Shown here: one piece after another, positions 1 to 11,708 of the stretch | How the letters are laid out: each line of letters starts with the position of its first letter | How positions within the stretch are numbered: the stretch's first letter is position 1 | Assembly: GCF_031769215.1 (NCBI RefSeq) | Contig: NW_026782032.1 | Coordinates: 186,001-250,000 of the forward strand | DNA length: 64,000 nt | From: Ylistrum balloti | Taxonomy: Eukaryota | Direction of reading: 5' to 3' | Notes under the pieces: generated by a model | Databases searched by the model: none | What the model was told of the DNA's origin: nothing | The model's input: only the letters and a program-made list of their open reading frames with translations | Position numbers and translations under genes: made by a program

Positions 1-1541
1 AGAATATCCTCTAAATACATACAAGCGTGATAACTATACAACATTTTTTTACTTTGTGGCCCTTTGAAACGCCCTGTCATCTTTGATTTTGAAAGATCAT
101 GAACAGACATTAGATTACTAGAGGTTGGCGATTTGGTGCTACTTTTGTATGTAACAGCCTATTTAAAGAGATATTGTACTACCGTCGAAATATTTGTACT
201 ATGGTATGGTTATGTTGACGGGAGAAGCAAATCAAAATTGAAAATCCTGTATTTTCCACTGCCATTGCCATGGTTCTAGAGGGCTAACAAAGATGGTAAA
301 TACCTTGGAAGATTGATAAGCCACCAGCTGTTTGGGGTTTTTTCGAAAAAAAATTGCGTGAGCGAAATCTAATAGAGAAATAGACTTTCTTTGAAATTTC
401 TTACTTGGCAAGATGTAGTCAGTATGATAAATATCTAATGTTTATTTGGTGTTGTTACAATGGTTTCCTTTGCAATGCGTTCCTTCATATTAAGTATAGT
501 AATATTGTGTCCGACCATTCCACGAAATCTTCACATTTTGATACTTATATGTGACTGTAAATTGACGATGCTAATAACATTTTCTAGATTGCCATCATAC
601 TTCCCTGCTTTCCCTGTCACTAATTTCATTTCTACACTTCCAACTGCACCACATACATATCAAGATATCCCCCCCCCTGGTTTTTATTTATTGTACTTGC
701 GTGTCTCTTGGGCAAACTAGTTCCTACAACTGTCTGTCATCTCAGCCTGGTATAAGCTTATATTAAAGAAATGTCGTGTAAATGTGAACGTAAGTTCTGT
801 GTAGGGAAAGCCATTGTACTGTAGGATAGATAATGTGTACAATAGTCAATATTTTTGCCATATTTTATCAAATTATCTTAAGTAACACAGGCAAAACGGT
901 CAAAATTGTTACCGCCATGGTTATAGCAAAATACTAATTATTGTAACCATATATTACTATCTGACTATAAAGTATCGACTCACTCGACTCAGCTTTGACT
1001 CGTCTTTTCGCCTGCTCAAACAAAATCATAGTAGACCCAACACGATAGTATTCATCAATAGTCCACTGAATTTCAGTTGGAATATTCATTATTGTAGTAT
1101 TCCCCTCCGGGTATTAATTAATATAGAAGCATGAACTTTCAATTCAATTACAATCCAGTTTGTAATTTCTCTCTATCTCTATAATTATGTTGATCAGAAA
1201 TATAAGACCGTGACATATTTGAAGTTCCTCGTGTACAAGCATATATGCAGATGGGTTTGAGTGTCAATTAGAATCTACAGCGTTTGTATAACCTTCCTTG
1301 TGATAGTGCCAAACTGAGGCCGACTTTATAGTGCTACCACACTGAATTGTACTACCGAAGGCTCCAGTAATACACTCAACCCGGTCACATTATACTAACA
1401 GCCGACAAACCATTCGTTACACTACTACGATATTTAGCATTAAGCATGGAGAAGTAAGATTCCAAATTTAGACAGCTCTTGCCTTGTGAGTCATGCAATG
1501 GAAACAGCAGGTCAAGTTCTGACACCCTGTCTGTACTAGGT

Positions 1542-1845
1542 ATGACCTCAATACTGACCTTTAATGATGACCTACTTCATATAACCACAATGCTGACCTT
1601 TAATGATGAAGTACTTCGTATAACCTCAATACTGACCTTTAATGATGACCTACGTCGTATGACCACAATAATGACCTTTAATGATGACCTACGTCGTATA
1701 ACCTCAATACTGACCTTTAATGATGACTTACTTCATATAACCTCAATACTGACCTTTAATGATGACCTATGTCGTATGACCGCAATACTGACCTTTAATG
1801 ATGAAGTACTTTGTATGACCTCAATATTAACCTTTAATGATGACG
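1542..1845. repeat. 39-bp minisatellite, about 8 copies
   Basis: Unit acctcaatactgacctttaatgatgacctacttcatata repeated with small variants; it accounts for ORF 1479..1877 (13-aa TSILTFNDD periodicity). Confidence 0.9.
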
Positions 1846-1899
1846 TAATGGATACACGTTTCGGTCATCGTTCATAACTTCCTGATTTTGAAACTTATT

Positions 1900-2622
1900 A
1901 TGGCACCTGTGACAAAGTTTCATGGTGACCTTTTGCGTTACTTTTTGTCCGCCGTCGTCAGTCTGTAAACTTTTAACATTTTTCACTTCTTCTGGAAAAT
2001 CCCCGAACCAATTTCATTCAAACTTGGCAGAAACCTTCCATGATCAATGGTAAACCAAAATTGTAAATCGTATGGTCCCCATCCCCCAGGGGCCTGAGGG
2101 AAGGAGCCAAAAATGACTGAAATTTCAACCTTGTTCTCGACACCCAAAAATTGTAGAATAAAATACTCTTCATTGATAGAAGGGTCTTCAATGGCTTTAC
2201 CAAAATTGTAAATTTTATTACCCCAGGGACCCACATTTCCCCCTGGGGATAGGGTAAAGGTTACTAAAGCTTATATAGAAAAAAATATATTTTCGAGCAT
2301 AATTTGTTCATTTTCTATTGAAAACAGACCCAACTTATTAGAATTGTTAATATAGGAAGACAGTTTGATGTTATACATATATTGACTCTGGCTGACCCCC
2401 AGGGGCTGATGGGCGTGGCAAAAAATGTCGTATTGACTGAAATTTCAAGAAGCATCTCATAGATTAAAATGCTCATCGTGGATGGAAGAGTCTTAGAGAA
2501 AACCTCTTATATCCCTGTACAAATAGCATTTCTCATTTTCCCTGGTTTCTACTACACATTCATTTCAATCGTTTCCGTTTGCGATTTATTCAGGCGACCG
2601 TTTAGGCCCCTGGGGCTCATGT
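1900..2622 (+). mobile_element. Non-autonomous bivalve-type element (Pearl/CvA/Helentron-associated-like)
   Basis: 5' part ccgccgtcgtcagtctgtaaacttttaacatttttcacttcttc...ccaatttcattcaaacttggc and 3' end caggcgaccgtttaggcccctggggctcatgt resemble the termini I recall for this family; internal ccccagggg/cccctgggg palindromes. Confidence 0.55.
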
Positions 2623-3141
2623 AATTGACATACACTAGGCCTACTTCAAACTAAAATAGCAGGTATGTTGATCTGAGAATAGGATAGCTTCGCCGCTAGG
2701 TGTATTGGTCTCAGTACAGGAGCTGTTTTAGCTATATTTTCGAATATTTTGGATTTTATCAAGAACGGCTTTGTTTTATTCCGATCACTTTAGAATCATT
2801 CATTACTTCAGAAATTTTATTTCTTACGCGATTTTTTTACAACTCAAAACAGAATAATTAGTATTCTGATTTACGGGTCAATATAGCTGTATTACGTAGG
2901 TCGATACAGCTATTGTAAGTCTTTGAATATAGACCGATCGACAGCTTTTACGGAACCTGAGTAGGACAGGTGTATCACACCGTTAGATAATATGTATTGA
3001 CTGATTGTACAGGACAATACCCATTGTGTTACTGTTCAGAATATGATCCATTTGCCTGAAGACGCCATGCGTATCTCGATTCCTTTATTAATTATTCATT
3101 ATTGAATTGTACTATAATCAACAAAACCTATATACATACTC

Positions 3142-4593
3142 GTGTTTCCATCGATGTCTAGCACAGAGGTATATACATGTATCTTTGCTATTGTGCAGGT
3201 TATTTCCTCCACACGCACCAAGCCGAATGTGTACATGTTAACTGTGTCGGCCTTGGTTCAGAGTATAAATGCCTTCATGCAGGTTGGAAACATAGACAGT
3301 CGAACACATCAAGGTTCTAACCAACATGTTTGTAGAGGTAAACTAACATTTTTTCATTTCTTAGTCTTCATTATTGCCGCAACACGTGGCACCAGCTTAC
3401 CTGATAATACAGAAAGGACCCTCATTGAGAAATTGCTGAGAAATTATGACGTCAATGCACGCCCAACGTCTAACCCGCAGGATTCTGTTCAGGTACGCGT
3501 GGGCTTCGCGCTGGACGGGATCATCCAGGTTGATGAAGAATCCCAGACCATAACATCTACAGGTAAAGTCACGTTCGTGTGGAACGATGAGTATCTATCA
3601 TGGAATGAAACCACATATAGAGGAGTGAAAATGTTAGCCCTTGATAGATCACGCGTTTGGTTGCCCGATGCTGTGATTCCAAGCAGAAATGGCGGCGATT
3701 TCATCATTAACGAAAGCAAAGGATATGTGAATGTCAACTCTGGCGGTCAGCTGACATTGACATCTCGTGGGACGTTCGTCACTTTCTGTAGTATGGCTAT
3801 GACAAAGTTTCCATATGACCAACACAAGTGTTCTATTATTATAGAACCACATGTTTCAACGAGCCAACAACAAACATTTTCTGCCATGAAGAAAAACAGC
3901 ACGTCTTCGTTTCAACAAATTACAACATGGTCATTTCTGCGTGATTCATGGTCATGTTCGGTCAATGGTCAATCGGACTTGACTCGGTACAGCACGTGCA
4001 GGCTCCTATTTACGGTTACGAGGGAAGGCGAACGTCGTTTCATTATCTCAGCCATTCTACTGATAGTGTTATCCATAATGAGCTGTTTTGTTTTCTTTTT
4101 GTCTGCAAAAACAATGGAGAAAATGGTGTTTATATTGGTTGTTTTCGTAGCTTACACATTCGTGTTTACCTTTATCCAGGAATCTTTCCGAGATACAATA
4201 AACGGATACAGTTATTTGTATATATACTTTGTTACAGAGTTTGGCATTATAAGTTTAATGTCCATCATCGCCATCTTTACTATAAACATTACATGTAAAG
4301 ATGATTTGAATATTCCCCCTTGTCTAAGGTGTCTTGCAAGGGTCGTCACATGTAAATTGAAGAAACACGTCAACGTTATCAGCTCAGAACGAAATGACAT
4401 CATACGGGCCCCGGGGGTAGACATGGCGTACAAAAACCGGACCGGAAAGTTCAGTGACAGTTCCGGATCTGAATACGTCTATGAAATCACATGGGTGGAT
4501 GTAGCGGCTGGATTGGACAGACTGTTTTTTATTCTGTTTTTAATTGTAAATATTGTTCTACCTGTGATCGTGTTCAATATGATCAATTCTTGA
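3142..4593 (+). CDS. Intronless Cys-loop ligand-gated ion channel subunit, nAChR-like non-alpha (copy 1, highly divergent)
   Basis: 483-codon ORF with L..NYD..ARP, WNDEYLSWN, WLPD, Cys-loop CSMAMTKFPYDQHKC (C-x13-C), four hydrophobic TM segments, -1' Glu (MEK) and WVDVAAGLDRLFF before M4. No vicinal CC. True start uncertain (ATG 3154 or ATG 3277). Confidence 0.9.
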   Translation: MFPSMSSTEVYTCIFAIVQVISSTRTKPNVYMLTVSALVQSINAFMQVGNIDSRTHQGSNQHVCRGKLTFFHFLVFIIAATRGTSLPDNTERTLIEKLLRNYDVNARPTSNPQDSVQVRVGFALDGIIQVDEESQTITSTGKVTFVWNDEYLSWNETTYRGVKMLALDRSRVWLPDAVIPSRNGGDFIINESKGYVNVNSGGQLTLTSRGTFVTFCSMAMTKFPYDQHKCSIIIEPHVSTSQQQTFSAMKKNSTSSFQQITTWSFLRDSWSCSVNGQSDLTRYSTCRLLFTVTREGERRFIISAILLIVLSIMSCFVFFLSAKTMEKMVFILVVFVAYTFVFTFIQESFRDTINGYSYLYIYFVTEFGIISLMSIIAIFTINITCKDDLNIPPCLRCLARVVTCKLKKHVNVISSERNDIIRAPGVDMAYKNRTGKFSDSSGSEYVYEITWVDVAAGLDRLFFILFLIVNIVLPVIVFNMINS

Positions 4594-5904
4594 TTTTTTC
4601 TTAAGTCTTGTTAACAAGGTCATGTTTATCTTGATAAAATATCTTATATTGACAAACACCTTGCAAGATGTTGCATTGACAACACCCAAGTTTTATAACA
4701 ACACTTTTGATATTTTTTTATGGGAATGCTGAATGTCTCTATCGGTAATGCTATTGTTTACAAAATAGATAGTAACTCAGACATGGTAAGGACATAATAT
4801 TTAATTCAACACTCACAAAAACATCAACGACCATCAGGTCCCGGAGGTTAAAAGACTGGTTAGGGATAACCAGTGATTATAGAAAACAAAAATGAATATG
4901 AATGAAACAAAATTGGAAATAATTTTAACCATTGGTGAAAATCTATTGAAATGGGCCAGATTCATATATTGTGAGTATCAGTTTTGCCTTAAACACTCTT
5001 GGCTGTTCCATGGCTGTCACAAAGCAACATGGGCCTAATTACAACGTGTTGTGGACAAAACCACGATACTCAATCGGATATCGGATGGATTTTATTCATT
5101 GTTGATAAACATTATTGATTTACGAATGATCCGACTTGACATTGATAGCTTGATTTGTATCATTTTCATCTATAATATGTTAATTTGATATGTACAATAT
5201 ATGATGATTTGTCTTCTTTCTTGCATTGAACAAATGACTCTTAACGTGATATTTTTTCTGAATTTCAATGAAAAAAAAATATGTGTTTTTCCATTGCTTT
5301 AAAACATCTGTCTTTATGAAATAAAATCTGTTGATGGATTTTAACTCACAATATTTTAATAATTTTCTGTCGTTCATGTCGGGAATAAGTACTCTTTGCT
5401 ATCTCCCATCAATCTCAAATATATAGTGTTTTAGCCTTCCATATTAATGATTCCTTGCCTTTACCTGGCGGGCCTTAGGAATCTCATATATCACACGAAG
5501 ATAGAAAGAGAAAAACACACGCACACAAGCAACCTCACAACAAAACCTATGCAAAGGAGAAAAAATACAAAACAACATTTTGATTTTGTGTAAATCGTTT
5601 ACAATGTTTTATAAATCTTTCTCCTGAATGTAATGTCTATATATTGCTATCCTGATATACCTGGCCAATTTTCTTTGGATCATACGTGTCAGTGTTATGT
5701 CATTTTATATACTGAATAGGCACAGAGTAAAAACGATACAACTATAAACTCACTATATAAATGATTTTCATTATGTTTCATTTTTTTTTTTTAATTTTCG
5801 ATGGTATGAATTTTGACGCGAGACAGGTTGTTGCTAATGGAGGAAACCGGATTATCCGGAGTATCCGGATTCTCTGTTGGTCTGGTTTGAAAATTATCGA
5901 TCTA

Positions 5905-6800
5905 ATCGTATGCAGAGTTGTCATCAGTGGTAAAAAAACAAATTGGTTAACTATTAAGGCCGGTGTTCCTCAGGGCTCAATTATTGGTCCTCTTTCGTTT
6001 TTAATTTATAAAAATGATATTGCTAAAGATACACATGGTAAAATCATGCTATTTGCTGATGACACCTCTCTTTACGTAGAACTAGTGCCGAAATCCTAAA
6101 TCAAGATCGGAATAAAATTCATAACTGGTCGCAAAGATGGTTCGTTTATTTTAACTCCTCCAAAACTGAGACCCTACTCATCAGTAAAAAATTCAAACCT
6201 TTTCACCCACTGCTAACCATGAACAATATTAACATATCTGGGGTTACTTCTCACAAACATCTAGGTATTTTTCTTTCTGGAAATGGTAATTGAAATGACC
6301 TCATTAATTATATAATATCTAAAATTTCACCAAAAATAAATATTTTGCGTAAATTTAAGTTTTCGCTAGATCGGTATAGTCTCCAAACCATGTACTTTAC
6401 TATTGTTTGGTCTATGTTAGAATACAGTGATTCAATTAGAAGCAGCCAGGATTGTCACTGGTTGTGCCAGACTAACAAGTAGGGTAACGTTGTATATTAA
6501 AAACAGACTGTCTACTCCTGAGAAAAGACGGAAACATCACAAACTTTTTCACAAAATGGTGCCCGGTCTATCCCCACAATACCTCATAAATATCCTTCCT
6601 CAGCGTAACCGAAATACTCGTACTGGAAATAATTTTCGTCCCCCGATTAGCCATACATGTTTCTTTAGCAAGTTCTCCTTATCATCAGTCATTTCATGTT
6701 GGAATTCTCTACCAGATCTTTTCATGAACGACCCTTCTATTTATAAACTTACAAAAACATCTATGACCAACAAAAAAAACCAATATATTGAACCTGAGCC
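5905..6800 (+). mobile_element. Degraded 3' fragment of a non-LTR retrotransposon (CR1/L2-type reverse transcriptase)
   Basis: [27 protein letters not shown]...[12 protein letters not shown] motifs, then stops and frameshifts; downstream IQLEAARIVTG and S...WNSLP motifs typical of LINE ORF2 C-termini. Confidence 0.85.
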
Positions 6801-8714
6801 GTGTTAGTGAAAGGTGATGTGCTTTCCACTGCGCAGTCTAGCGGTCCTCAGAGTGTTAAACACAAGGATGAGGAAGGCATTCAGGAGGGAAAAAAGTATA
6901 ATGACGTCACTAACAACAAATAATGAAAAATACTTATAAGTTAAAAAAATGAAATATTTTCGTTAGTTTTGTTACAAAAATTAGCTTCTTTTTTTTTATA
7001 ATGGCCCCGATTATTTAAACACTAAAAATCGTATATATATTATTTCAAACCGCGATATTTTGTTAACGTACATTCCCACATCCCAAATGAGTAGGTAAAA
7101 GCAAAAAGCTTTGAAATAAATAATTATTAGAATCCATGTAGTCTATCTACATACACGTGGAAACAAGCAATTAAATCGCTGTGTTCATTTTGCAGATACG
7201 TGATGAATATGCAATCATACAACTTTAAAAAAGGCAAAAACGTTTTAATAGACAAAACAAAATCCATAAATAATGGACAACTGGAACATTGTTAAGGTGT
7301 TATATAGATAAAGGTACAGTTAATGTAGGTAAGCTCTATGCCCAATTAAGGGGGTCACCTTTAATCTTTATTTGATCTTTTGCATTTCTTACAACATTCA
7401 CATTGACATCTTGGGGAAGAAAATGGAAAACAAGAACAAAAACAACAAAAGTAAGAAAAAGCCGCCCGAAGTAGCGCCGTAAAAATTAGTCGCAGACATT
7501 GAAGTGTACATGTTTACAATTGTTTGTTAAGATTTAATTAATTCTTATGCAAACAGACAAGTGTCACACATCACCTTATGTCACGTTTGTTTAAGCCAAA
7601 TTACTGACATAATTCGGCTTTTTAAAAGCAAATTGACCACAGACCAGCCGATGAATAAAGTTTACCTGTAGTCGTCATGCGAGTGAACCGTCGCTGTCAG
7701 GTGGGCTGCACGCGCTAAAGGTATAAAATTTGTTAAATTAATTTCTGGTGAAACATACTGCCGTATTTGTTGAACAATTCACCAGGAAGCTTAAGGAAAG
7801 ACTCGACACTAATATTCTCTGAAGAACAGTGATTGAGAGGAATCTTTTATTTGACAACCAATCTTCAAGGTAAGTCCTTTGGATATTTTATAACATTTCA
7901 CAATTGATATATGTGAACTGATTAATTATAATGATTAATGCGGACTAATTATTTTCATTAAGAAAAAAAAATAAGAAAAAAGAAAAGAAATACAGTGTTA
8001 TTCATTTCCACACGTTGTGTCCTTTTCCTTTTTGCGAGCACGTTTATTTCAACTAATATTTGTTTCTTAATTAATAACAATGATTAATATAAACTTTATT
8101 TTATTCCATAATAACATGCGAATAATACATAGCAAAGTATACATAGGAATTGGAATTGGAAACAAGTTAAACAACTTATATAAATCCTTTTCCATTGAAT
8201 ATCTAAACTAAATCAAGCGTGATGACGTAATTGGTGAATTATTGGGAATTAAAGTACAGACAGTTAATAAGAACTCACAATTACAATGATTTACATCAAT
8301 TTTTCAATTTTCTTGAGAAAAAAAATCTAGAAAAAAAATAATAAAGAGAAAAATCGTGTTATTCATTTTCACGCGTTCTGTCCGTCCTTTTCCTTTTCCG
8401 TGCACGTTTATGAATCAAGATAATATAACCCCAGAAATCACGATCACAAATAGGAAGGTTTGTGTTTTTTTTCTTTTATAAAACTCGTTACGTAGTTACC
8501 AGCTACTTCACAGATATCTGGGGCGATAAACCAAGCTCTGTGTATGGAACGATACAAGAGCGTATATTGTAATTACTCATGCGTGGCGTAATTACTAGTG
8601 CGTAGTGTAATGGTAGTTACACAGGTACAGACCAGCATTCCATCAGTCAACTCAACGGACAGCAGCCAGTATTTTCATGGAGAGTATGTCGAATGAAGAT
8701 GAAACTGATTGAAT

Positions 8715-8993
8715 ACTTAAATATGTCCTTATATAAGCACCATAACTTTTAACAGGTTAGAGGTTTTTTTACTTAAATATGTCCTTATATAAGCACCATA
8801 ACTTTTAACAAGTTACAGTTTTTTACTTAAATATGTCCTTATATAAGCACCATAACTTTTAACAGGTTAGAGGTTTTTTTACTTAAATATGTCCTTATAT
8901 AAGCACCATAACTTTTAACAGGTTACATTTTTTTTTACTTAAATATGTCCTTATATAAGCACCATAACTTTTAACAAGTTACAGTTTTTTTTT
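8715..8993. repeat. About 55-bp minisatellite, 5 copies
   Basis: acttaaatatgtccttatataagcaccataacttttaaca(g/a)gtta...poly-T repeated 5 times. Confidence 0.9.
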
Positions 8994-10121
8994 AGTGTTT
9001 TTTTGTATTCGATGACTTTTCTTCGTTTTAACCATGTATATAACCAATTCTCTCACGGAAATAGATCATTTTAAAAACAATTTTATGAGTTAAACATATA
9101 TTCTCTTTTCTTCATTTCTTAGACTTTAGCTGGGTTTTCCAAACCACACATTTCCCCATATGCAATTTGTTTTACTTTTAAAGTATCATTTTCATGAAGT
9201 TATCATTTATTGTTAAGGTTTTAAGATGTGGAGACATTTGAAATTTAATCTAAAGTTTTTTTTTATTTTAAACCAATTGCGTAACAAGTTTTTCCAACTT
9301 AAATTAATCACTTTTATTGTCCTGGGTTGAAGCGCGCGAGGAGTCTTACTTGGTGGGGGTGGGAGGCAATAATATCACCAACAAAGCTATTACGTAAACA
9401 CTTCAAATTATATATGTATTGTATATACATAATGGTATCAATATGTGAATGAAAATAACAAAGGACCAAGAACATATCCCTGAAGTCCTCCAACGAATAT
9501 ACCCTTTTTTTTACGTTAGTTTGAATTCCATCGCCTAATAGGGTTATTTAGAGCTGAAGCAAACATAGTTGTATATGATTTTGTTTTCTTAAGTGTATGT
9601 TAAATGATGACGACGCGACAAGTAATATTTTATCAGGATGATTTGTTTTTCTATTTCAAATCATTTTTTCTTCAAGTACATATTACATACAGTACATCAT
9701 AAGGCTATGACTAAGTCAAAATATTTCAGTTTTGTTAAAGAAGTGGAAAATTCACACCATAGTTATTGAAATCACAACGCTTTTCATACATCCGATATTG
9801 AAAGTAACACTGTACACATGATTCAGACTTGAACCAATATTGTGCATTTTAATTATTTAAGCAGATCGGATCCAACTGCTAACTGACCACCATCGTAAAC
9901 TCCAACCGTAAAAGTTGTATAGTCACGGCATTGATTGACATGGTTTCTCGATTTTCAAGATTTCAAGAATTTATTTTGCACGTAGTCACACAAATGTTTG
10001 AAACAAGATATCACAATAATAAGCAGTTTTTATACATACAGATGAGGGGGGGGGGATATTTCACTTTCGTTAATATAGGACTAAGATATACATCTTTCTG
10101 TGGCCATAAGATATCTAGATC

Positions 10122-10345
10122 CGCGTAGTCCACGTTCAACTGCTCAATCATACGTGTAGCCCAGGTTCAGCTGCTCAATCATGCGCGTAGCCTAGGTTCA
10201 GCTGCTCAATCATGCGCGGAATAGTACACTTCCTTTAATATAGAGCTAAAACATAAACCGACCATATCGTTCTTAGTTAATGAGAAATACTTTCTTTTTT
10301 CCTTATTTAGATCCACGTAGCGCACGTTCAACTGTTCAATCATGT
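10122..10345. repeat. About 31-bp short tandem repeat (3 copies plus one dispersed copy)
   Basis: gtagcccaggttcagctgctcaatcatgcgc variants at 10122-10218 and again near 10313-10345. Confidence 0.7.
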
Positions 10346-11708
10346 GCAGATAAATGGATCATAGATATACATATTCATTTATGATAAAAATTAGCTGGTT
10401 TATGAAGGCGAGGCTGAACTTTAAACTAGATTTTGATATTTAAAAAAGTGATATTAATCCTTTAGACGTGGAATTAGCCTCCATAGGGCATTCTTGTCGA
10501 AAGTTGTTAAATAAGCATTAAATAGCATGAAATAAATAGAAGAGTGACTGGTATCTTTAAACACGTAGCTTCTCAGTCTCCTGAGCTTTGCGATATCTCC
10601 AGATTTTAGAGCCAAACATTATTTTTTGACAAACTTGTCAAAAAACAAAAACTAAAAACAGGAAGACAAGATTCAATATTTAAAAAAAACTTTCGGCATC
10701 TATTTTTTACAGCAAAATAACTTTCAGGTCTTTGGTCTGCAAATTACTCTTGTTTTGTTAATTTCTTTTGAAATTTAATAAAAGCCATTAATAATTAAAT
10801 TCATCGACTGTTTCAATCTTTTCTTTATCATCATACTATCTTTCATTCGTATGTATAAAACCATCGTGCCTAGCTATATACGGCTTGCTTGTGAGTTGGC
10901 CGGTGTAGCCTCGTGTGAAGATCTGACGTTCCCTATAAATAGCAGACCGAACATTTCTATCTCTTAAATGATAATCTTATGTCAATGTTGACATTCATTG
11001 TCATCTTAGATACAGAAATTTTCTGTCTATACACATGGCTATTTGTGTTTCTCAGGAAGACTGTATAGGTGTGGTTGTGTCTTTGAGCAAGGAACTTTAT
11101 TGCTAAAGACAGCATGCAACGTACCTCATGTATGTTGTTCAGCGAGGTTGCCACTAGTTACTACCAGGAGACCTCAATCGAAATGTCCCTAACTGCTCCT
11201 GCCCTAAAAATACAACAGTTTCAACAGATTTCTGTTTTTGTTTAAATAACAGTCAAACCTCTAATTTCTACAATATTCATCGAATATTAACATTTTAAGT
11301 AAAATAGCAAGCTCATCTGTTAATAATTTGGAGTTCGATCGAAACAAAAGGGAGACAAAACATGCAGAAGTTACATTACAATAATATTCCATCCTTTCAG
11401 ATCGCTACTTGTACCAGTTATCGCCGATATTAATCACATTTCCGTACGTACTATAAGTTGAGAAACTGTTAGCTGGATATACATCATTAGCTATTATCAA
11501 AAAACTTATTCTATTCCATGAAATAAAATGTTACTACAACCTGTGATTAGGCTAAGGGATTACCATGACCCCTGAATAAGTAATCTTATAACGACGGCAA
11601 GTTATCTGTAGTTCGAGATTCGTATACTCTAGTGTAATGTATTGACTGAGAATTTGTGAACATGCAAATTTCAAATATAAAATGTATATTTTTTGCCAGG
11701 TATATACA

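Noticed and set aside
1479-1877. 132-aa ORF with TFNDD repeats
   Set aside because: It starts at a non-ATG codon and consists almost entirely of the 39-bp minisatellite.
2883-2913. 10-bp hairpin atagctgtat/atacagctat upstream of receptor copy 1
   Set aside because: It is a single short stem not shared with the other receptor upstream regions, and could occur by chance.
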